Source of the DNA: Chloroflexota bacterium
GTDB taxonomy: Bacteria; Chloroflexota; Chloroflexia; QHBQ01
Length of the DNA stretch: 64,000 nt
Assembly (NCBI GenBank): GCA_043754535.1
Contig: JAYUUN010000105.1
Span: forward strand, 1 to 64,000
Reading direction: 5' to 3'
Shown: positions 57,666 to 64,000 of the stretch, piece by piece
Numbering within the stretch: position 1 is the first letter of the stretch
Layout: the number at the start of each line of letters is the position of its first letter
The notes under the pieces: model-generated
Told to the model about the DNA's origin: nothing
Database searches by the model: none
What the model saw: only the letters and a program-made list of their open reading frames with translations
Made by a program: the position numbers and the translations under genes

Positions 57666-59861
57666 ATGCGCGACCAACCACTACCTCCTGCTACCCTGCT
57701 CCAGAATGGCAAGTACCAGATCGTGCGCGTCCTCTCACAAGGCAGCCTCAGCTTCCTCTACGAAGGAGTCAGCACCCGCATCCGGCAGAGCGTGGTGATC
57801 AAGGAGTTGTTCCCGCGCCGCAGTGAGCGGCTAGCTAGCGGTGGGGTGCAGCCAACCAGCCAGTACGAGGAGCATGAGTGGGAGCAGGCACGCCAGGCTT
57901 ACGTGGAGGAGGCTAGCCTGGTCGCGCAGTTCAGCACAGAACCGCGCATCATGAACGTCCTCGACCAGTTCGACGAGAACAATACTGCCTACATGGTGAC
58001 GCAACCCGCTGGTAGGCAGAACCTCTACGAGTATCTTGGCTCGCGGGGGGGCAAGCTGCCGGAGGTTGAGGCTAAACGGCTGACCGAGGAGATGGGCCAC
58101 GCCCTCAATGTGATGCACGCGCATGAGCCAGCCGTGTACCACCGCGACTTGCGCCCTACCAACACGGTGATCAACGACGCGGGCGGGCCAGTGCTGATCG
58201 ACTTCGGCGCAACCCGCTGGTACATGACCGAGCTGGCTGGTGGCTTGAGCATGGTGGAGTATCGGCGCGGTTTCGCCGCCCCCGAATTGCTAGACAACCC
58301 GGCCATCCCACCCATCCCCCAGCAAGATATTTACTCGCTGGGAGCAACCCTCTACGTGATGCTGATGGGCCGTGACCGCGTGCCTGTCCCCAGCGCAAAG
58401 CTGACCGCCAACTTCGGTCGTGCCGTCCGCAAGGCAGTAGACAAAGCTCTACAAGTCGACCCCGCCCGACGGCAGCGCGATGTGGGCGAGTTCATCCGCG
58501 ACCTGCGCGGCGACGAAAACTTCTTCACCAGCCTGCCTAACTGGGTCAAGGCGGTGGGCAGCCTGATCTTCAGCGGCATCGTTCTCGGCCTGCTAACTAA
58601 CTATCTCTATAGCTGGCTCAATGCCCCCATCCCCATGCCTACGCCTCCCACACCGGTCGTAGTTGTCAGTCCACAGAGCAGCACAGCCCTTGCTCCAACT
58701 GCTGTAGTTGCTGGTGTTGCGCCCGCCCGCCCTGCCAACCCTACGTCGCTGCCGTTGGCTGACCGTTGCACTGTGACTGCCCTTAATGCCAGCCCAGTGG
58801 CCGACTCCGGCGCGGTCTTCCAAGAGCAGGCAGGCGGTCGCACCTTGCTAAATGGGAGTGGGGCTACCTTCCCTGCGATCTACTACCAGCTTGTCTTTCC
58901 AGAGTTTGACACCAGCTACAACGCCAGGGCTGGGTTGTATTACCGCTGCGACGGCTCAGGGGCTGGGGTCAGTGCGATCCTCAACAACCAGGTGGATTTT
59001 GCCGCTGCTGACTACCAGGACGATAGCATCAGCAAGGCGAAGGATGCGGCTTACTTGCAAATCCCTATCGTTCTTGGCGGGGTGGCAGTGCTGACCAGGC
59101 TACCAGGCAGTAGCGCGGGCAACCATCTCTACCTTAGCCCTGCGACGATCAGCAAGATTTATCGGGGCGAGATCAGTCGTTGGAACGATCCGGCTATCGC
59201 TGCTGACAATGCCAACAACCCCACCAAACCGACGCTGCCCGACCAGCAGATCGTCCCGGTCTACCGCAAGGAGTCGAGCGGTACCAGCCGGGCCTTCGCC
59301 AGCTATCTCTATCGTGGCACTGGCGACCCAGCCTGGCAGAACAAGGATGTCTTCCCCAGTGCGGTGGGCGGTAGGGCAGTTGAGGGAAACAATGGCATGA
59401 TCGGCGAACTGACCAGTAGCGAGTACACAATTGGCTACGTGGAGATTGCCTACCTGGATGTGGCTCTGCGCGGCAGCTTCCCGCCGGGTCTATCCTACGC
59501 CTACCCACAAAATAGCAGCGGCAAGTATGTGGAGCCGACCTGGGAGAGCGTCCGCGAGGCGGCCAGTGATGCTACCCTCTCGCCCAGTCTCAACCTCGGC
59601 TTCAGCGACGCGCAGGGTGGCTACCCAATCACCACGGCTAGCTACCTGATCGTGCGCCGCGACTACCAGGATACCCCCGACGAGCGGCGGCGGGCTGTTG
59701 CCCTCAGCAATCTCCTGCGCTGGCTACTCAGCGAGGGCCAACGCTACGTCGAAAACCGCGAGGTGCGCTCCTACGCCGCCTTGCCCAATCCGGTACGCGA
59801 CGTTGCTCTGCGCCAGGTCTGCACGATCACTATTGGTGGGCTAGCCGACACCTGTAAGTGA
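57666..59861 (+). CDS. Transmembrane Ser/Thr kinase fused to a PstS-like substrate-binding domain
   Basis: VVIKE, HRDLRPTN, DFG, APE; one TM; GSGATFP, GSGAG, RKESSGTS, IGYVE, GYPI. Confidence 0.88.
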   Translation: MRDQPLPPATLLQNGKYQIVRVLSQGSLSFLYEGVSTRIRQSVVIKELFPRRSERLASGGVQPTSQYEEHEWEQARQAYVEEASLVAQFSTEPRIMNVLDQFDENNTAYMVTQPAGRQNLYEYLGSRGGKLPEVEAKRLTEEMGHALNVMHAHEPAVYHRDLRPTNTVINDAGGPVLIDFGATRWYMTELAGGLSMVEYRRGFAAPELLDNPAIPPIPQQDIYSLGATLYVMLMGRDRVPVPSAKLTANFGRAVRKAVDKALQVDPARRQRDVGEFIRDLRGDENFFTSLPNWVKAVGSLIFSGIVLGLLTNYLYSWLNAPIPMPTPPTPVVVVSPQSSTALAPTAVVAGVAPARPANPTSLPLADRCTVTALNASPVADSGAVFQEQAGGRTLLNGSGATFPAIYYQLVFPEFDTSYNARAGLYYRCDGSGAGVSAILNNQVDFAAADYQDDSISKAKDAAYLQIPIVLGGVAVLTRLPGSSAGNHLYLSPATISKIYRGEISRWNDPAIAADNANNPTKPTLPDQQIVPVYRKESSGTSRAFASYLYRGTGDPAWQNKDVFPSAVGGRAVEGNNGMIGELTSSEYTIGYVEIAYLDVALRGSFPPGLSYAYPQNSSGKYVEPTWESVREAASDATLSPSLNLGFSDAQGGYPITTASYLIVRRDYQDTPDERRRAVALSNLLRWLLSEGQRYVENREVRSYAALPNPVRDVALRQVCTITIGGLADTCK

Positions 59862-59882
59862 GCTGAGGCGATTGTGAGCGGC

Positions 59883-59914
59883 AAGAAGAAGGGGGCGCAT
59901 ACCAGTGCGCCCCC
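59883..59914 (-). terminator. Intrinsic terminator
   Basis: GGGGGCGCA-6 nt-TGCGCCCCC followed by TTCTTCTT on the minus strand. Confidence 0.7.
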
Positions 59915-59930
59915 GCTCGTCGTCCCGAAG

Positions 59931-61067
59931 CTACTTGTTGATCGCATCACGGATGAACCGCCAGGTGGCCGAGTCGACCCAGGGATTGTCGTTGACGGCG
60001 GCCATGAAGCCATAGTAGGGTTCGCCGTCTGCGTCCTTGAAGTTGGACTGAATCAGGGCTGGGCGGCCCTTGAGGTCGGGCAGGCTGTTGTCGTTGTTCG
60101 GCATATTGACCCAGTAGCCATTGTCGTCAAGTGGGTTGCCTACCTTGTTCTTGCTCGCGTCGTAGTCGTCCAACAAGCCGTAGGTATGGCCCATCTCGTG
60201 GCCCGCCACCGCGATGTAGTTAAGGATTGCGCTCGTCACCGTCCCCTTGATCGAGGTAATCTCCAGGCCAGCGGTGGTCGGCGACTTCATATGGTCGGCG
60301 AACCACTTGGGTGGCAGTACCCCGACCACTATCGTTGCGTCGGGCATCGTCTTGCCACTATGGCCCACTGTATTGCGGCCTACCACGCCGACGCTAGCGT
60401 ACATGGCGGTGATCGCCGTCCAGTTGATCTCACCGTTATCGTCGGCCACCGTACTCTCGAAGGGGCGTAGGTTGTAGGGCGCATCGGCGTAGTCGTACTC
60501 AAAGGCACTGCTGGGCAGTGGGTAAGTGGCCTTGATGAACTCGAAGTTCTCACGCGCCATCTTCGGTATCTCACGGTCGAAGTTGTAACGGCTGCGGTTG
60601 GAGTCGGTCCAGTCTACGGGCAGGAAGAAGATTTTGATCTTCGTCGCCTTCATCAGGATCGCCTTCTTCTCTGGCGTGGTTACTTGCGTATTGCTACCGG
60701 TGTTGCTGGCCCCCTGCGTCTCGATCTTGACATTGGCAGTGTAGCTAGCAGCCCGACTGGGGCCGCCGGGGACGGTCACGGCGATGTAGTTGTCGCTGCT
60801 GCTGACGTTCTTGGTCGCCTCATAGCTGCGATTCTCAAAGATAGCGGTGGCCTTGAGCGACACTGGGGCGGTATTGTTCAGGTTGAGGGTGATAATCACC
60901 ACCATGTCCTTACCGACGATCAAATCCTCGCTAGCCAACGTCTGGCTGAGGACTGCTTGCTTGATGCTGATTGCTGCCTGGGCGTGGGTTGAGGCGGTTT
61001 GGCCCAGCAGCAGCAGAGCCAGCACTAGCAGCGACCCAGCAGCCTTACTCATGGTTTGCTTCTTCAT
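59931..61067 (-). CDS. Secreted putative zinc metallopeptidase
   Basis: Signal peptide; GHEMGHTYGLLDDY (HExxHxxGxxD); GFM Met-turn-like motif; GGAGGA RBS before ATG 61067. Confidence 0.75.
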   Translation of the reverse strand: MKKQTMSKAAGSLLVLALLLLGQTASTHAQAAISIKQAVLSQTLASEDLIVGKDMVVIITLNLNNTAPVSLKATAIFENRSYEATKNVSSSDNYIAVTVPGGPSRAASYTANVKIETQGASNTGSNTQVTTPEKKAILMKATKIKIFFLPVDWTDSNRSRYNFDREIPKMARENFEFIKATYPLPSSAFEYDYADAPYNLRPFESTVADDNGEINWTAITAMYASVGVVGRNTVGHSGKTMPDATIVVGVLPPKWFADHMKSPTTAGLEITSIKGTVTSAILNYIAVAGHEMGHTYGLLDDYDASKNKVGNPLDDNGYWVNMPNNDNSLPDLKGRPALIQSNFKDADGEPYYGFMAAVNDNPWVDSATWRFIRDAINK

Positions 61068-61123
61068 GTTTGCTTGTTCCTCCATTGGCGGGGGCGTGGC
61101 TTGTTGCCTGCCCCCACTGCGCC

Positions 61124-62851
61124 TTATCTGCTGAGGTGTTCCTGATAGCTTAGCTTCACGGCCTGGCCCGCATTGCCGAGGGCAACCAGGATGTAGTTGC
61201 CGCTGGGCAGCTTGAGGCTAGCGAGTGTGCTGCTCTGGCTGCTGTAGAGTGGCTTGGTCGGGTCGTTGACCGAGTAGATACCCCAGGGGCCATCGCCAGA
61301 GAGCAGCTTGAAGTTGTCGGCGTAGCCACCGAGTGGCACCACGATGTTGTCGTCATAGACCTGGCGGCTGTTCCACTTCTCGTTGACGATGCGGCTCTCA
61401 ATCGTGCGCTGCTGGGTGAAGCCTGCACTGCTGCTGCCGCTATTGAAGTTTTTGTCTACGAAATCCTTGTCGCCACTGACCTCCTCACCTGTCTTGCCGT
61501 CGATAACGGAGAGCAGGCTGACCGCCTTCCATAGGTCGGCTTCGCTCTTTTTGCCATCCAGCCACGCTTGCCAGTCGGAGCGGCTGAGGCTGTAGACAAT
61601 CACATAGAGCTTACCCTTCTGGGGGTAGAGGAGGGCGCAGAGACCGCTCTTGAGGCTGGGGTAGGCAGTCATCAACGTACCCCAGCCGCTCAACATCTCG
61701 GCCCGCAGGTTCTGGTCGAAGCTCTTGCTCACCATGTCCATGTAGACTGCACCCTGGGCTACGTTCTCACCGTGGATGTCCTTCTGCTCGACGTAGTCCA
61801 CCTGCTGCACGTTATAGCCTTGCAGAGCGAGACCTTCGGCGATCTGCTGCTTGGTTCCTTCGATGCTGCGGGCAGGCTTGTCCACCAATACTACTACACT
61901 GGCGGGGCTGTCGATCTGCACGTCGTTGCCCGCATCGGCCTTAGCCTTAACCCTTAGCTCCTTGACCGCCTGGCCGAGCGTCAACTGACCGCGGGCTGCG
62001 CCGTCACCGCTGGTCTGCTCATCGCCGAGGGCCTGCTCGTCACTGCCCGTAGTCTGGGCGGTGAAGACAATTTTCTGCTTGGGTGCGGGCCGGTAGTCCT
62101 TGTCGCTGATGGTAGCGACGAGCGTAAGTTTGGTGGTATCGTCGGCTGACACAAAGGCAGAGGAGGATTGCAGGCGCAGGTAGCCATTGCCAGCACTGTG
62201 CTGGTCGCTCTGGGGGGGCGTGTTGTCAGTCGGCAGGGTGGGGGTAGTGCCGCCACTCTTGTCGCCAAAATCCTTACTGCCCGCACTGCTCTTGGCAAAC
62301 TCTTTCTCGCTCACCTCGGTACCACTAGTCTTGTCGAGGATAAAGAAGTTGCTGCTCACGCCCTTCCAGAGGTCGTCTCCGCTCAACTTGCCCTCAATGG
62401 CTCTCTGGAAGTCGCTGGCCTGGGCAGCGAAGACTAGCCAGTAGTTACCTATCTCTAGCGCACTGAAAAGGCTGGCAGACTTGGGGTAGTAGGTGTGCAA
62501 GGCGTAGAAGCCTTCAACCGCCTGCTGAATGTTGTTCTCGTCCTCATAGGCGTGTTGGCTGGTTGGGTCGAAGGTGGGGGAGTAGAGGCGCATGATCACG
62601 CCAACGTTGCTGCGGTCTACGTTACCCTTACTGTCGGTCACATAGCCGACATCAACTATGCTGTAGCCCTTGCTGCTCAGGTAGCTAGAGACGCTGTTCC
62701 CGGCTGCGTCGCTGCTGCTGCCTACCCCGCTGCTACTTTGGGCGCGGGCAGTCTGGGGCGTAAGCAGGCTGATCGTCAGCAGCAGCACAGCCAGCCCTGC
62801 CAGCATTGCCATCCCCTGGCGCAGCAGTTTCATAGTAACACGATTCTCCAT
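61124..62851 (-). CDS. Secreted protein with a duplicated unknown domain flanking an Ig-like module
   Basis: Signal peptide; two similar regions of about 130 aa; central ADDTTKLTLVATI...IVFT...TSGDG resembles invasin Big_1. Confidence 0.75.
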   Translation of the reverse strand: MENRVTMKLLRQGMAMLAGLAVLLLTISLLTPQTARAQSSSGVGSSSDAAGNSVSSYLSSKGYSIVDVGYVTDSKGNVDRSNVGVIMRLYSPTFDPTSQHAYEDENNIQQAVEGFYALHTYYPKSASLFSALEIGNYWLVFAAQASDFQRAIEGKLSGDDLWKGVSSNFFILDKTSGTEVSEKEFAKSSAGSKDFGDKSGGTTPTLPTDNTPPQSDQHSAGNGYLRLQSSSAFVSADDTTKLTLVATISDKDYRPAPKQKIVFTAQTTGSDEQALGDEQTSGDGAARGQLTLGQAVKELRVKAKADAGNDVQIDSPASVVVLVDKPARSIEGTKQQIAEGLALQGYNVQQVDYVEQKDIHGENVAQGAVYMDMVSKSFDQNLRAEMLSGWGTLMTAYPSLKSGLCALLYPQKGKLYVIVYSLSRSDWQAWLDGKKSEADLWKAVSLLSVIDGKTGEEVSGDKDFVDKNFNSGSSSAGFTQQRTIESRIVNEKWNSRQVYDDNIVVPLGGYADNFKLLSGDGPWGIYSVNDPTKPLYSSQSSTLASLKLPSGNYILVALGNAGQAVKLSYQEHLSR

Positions 62852-63188
62852 CTTGAACACTCCTCTGGCTGAGTAGCCGGGGCTGCGGCCCACTTGCGAG
62901 CCACGTCACAATGCGGAAGTTGCTAGCCCATTATAGCATGAAACGAGCAAACGATCATCTAACTGCGTAAAATGGACGCTGCTTTAGATTATACGCAGCC
63001 TCCACCTGTTTTGTTGCGGGCCGGGGCCAAGACTATAACATACTTCTCACCGATTGGTGTCTAGCACCCTGCCAGTGGCGGCGGCTACGCGTCCTGGCGG
63101 TGAGCAAGTGCGCTGGCTGCTATTTGCCGCTACCCGCCGCAACATGGTATAGTAGCAGCGCAGCAGCCTCCATCCTGGTGGGCTTGCT

Positions 63189-63662
63189 TTGCTCAACACC
63201 TGCGTCATCTGCCAGCAGGTATGCATGGTAGTAGCATTGGCTGACGGAGGTAATAACCTGGCCCCCAACGAGCAACAAAGCCACAACCAGCTAGCACCGA
63301 GGCCACCGCTGCCAGTCGCTAGCCTCGTCTCACAGCCGCACCCACCTGAGCCGATCAGCTTCGTCGAGCAGTTGGAGGGGCCGATTCGTTCGCTGCCCTA
63401 TGCCGCCTACGCCTGCACGCTGGCCGCCCTGCTACTGGGTCTGCTGGGTCTGAGTGGCTGGGGGTCTACGCTGGCTATCGTCAGCATCGCGGTCAGCAGC
63501 TATCTGCTACGCAAGAACTGGGAGATCAAAGACTCGCGGCTGCCCCTCTCCCTGCTGTTGGGCAACGCACTGCTTGCCTGGCTGCTGTTCATGATCGAGA
63601 TCATGCAGGTCTACCCCTGGCTGCGCGACCTACCAACTATCCTCACTGGCAAGCCAGCCTGA
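63189..63662 (+). CDS. Small membrane protein with a Pro-rich N-terminus (start uncertain)
   Basis: Three hydrophobic segments; GGAGG at about 63246. Confidence 0.55.
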   Translation: MLNTCVICQQVCMVVALADGGNNLAPNEQQSHNQLAPRPPLPVASLVSQPHPPEPISFVEQLEGPIRSLPYAAYACTLAALLLGLLGLSGWGSTLAIVSIAVSSYLLRKNWEIKDSRLPLSLLLGNALLAWLLFMIEIMQVYPWLRDLPTILTGKPA

Positions 63663-63710
63663 GGCCAGATCAGCAACCCTGGCTGCGATGAAGCGCATGA
63701 TGTGTGTTCC

Positions 63711-64000
63711 CTACTTGCCTTCGGTAGCCACTGCGCCGAGGATCAATTGGTTGACTACTTGCTCCAGTGGGGCGCGGTCGTCGGTGAAGGGGGCAGGGAA
63801 GCCGATGCGGGCGGGGGCAGTGCTGTCGGGTGGCCGGATGTTGCCCTGTTGCAGGGCGCGGGCAAACATGGTCTTGAGGTTGGGGTTGGTGCCAGCGGCG
63901 GCGGTTAGGCGGGCGGCGTTGGCCTCAAAATCGGCGGCCCTGGTCGGCTGGTTGGTGCCGATCACCATGCTGTTACCGCCGCCTGCCACGTCTATGATCC
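63711..64000 (-). CDS. C-terminal fragment, probably a spermidine-synthase-like methyltransferase (5' end outside the window)
   Basis: Open frame to the window edge; FTDDRAPLE resembles the TDDxAPVE tail of fused MFS/spermidine synthase proteins. Confidence 0.55.
   Translation of the reverse strand, partial: IIDVAGGGNSMVIGTNQPTRAADFEANAARLTAAAGTNPNLKTMFARALQQGNIRPPDSTAPARIGFPAPFTDDRAPLEQVVNQLILGAVATEGK

Overview
A GC-rich bacterial chromosomal segment, probably Chloroflexota (inferred from the SLH-tailed secreted protein, orphan MCP-like proteins and the DUF1800/DUF1501 pair; not verified). It is mostly housekeeping: clpC-hspR-dnaJ with HAIR-like operators, fabF, a class B PBP, argS, tyrA, leuS, rph, rarA, tRNA-Arg(CCG) and tRNA-Ala(GGC). 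Accessory genes include a glycosidase/GT4/oxidoreductase cluster, an MMPL transporter, an MrfA-like helicase, an Rnl1-like RNA ligase, a CruA/CruP-like flavoprotein and two Ser/Thr kinases. The most striking locus is 31.4-37.7 kb. A Leu-specific T-box is separated from leuS by a tandem array of eight paralogous small Cys4 zinc-ribbon genes (six intact, two decayed), most sharing an N-terminal PMPPLP leader, and an ArmA/Rmt-type 16S methyltransferase follows leuS. Other highlights are a 36-bp repeat/34-bp insert/36-bp repeat that frameshifts a chemoreceptor gene and looks like an off-target CRISPR spacer integration, a pseudokinase-RNase PH fusion, a kinase-PstS fusion, and a candidate sRNA. 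All calls come from motif reading; no database searches were run.
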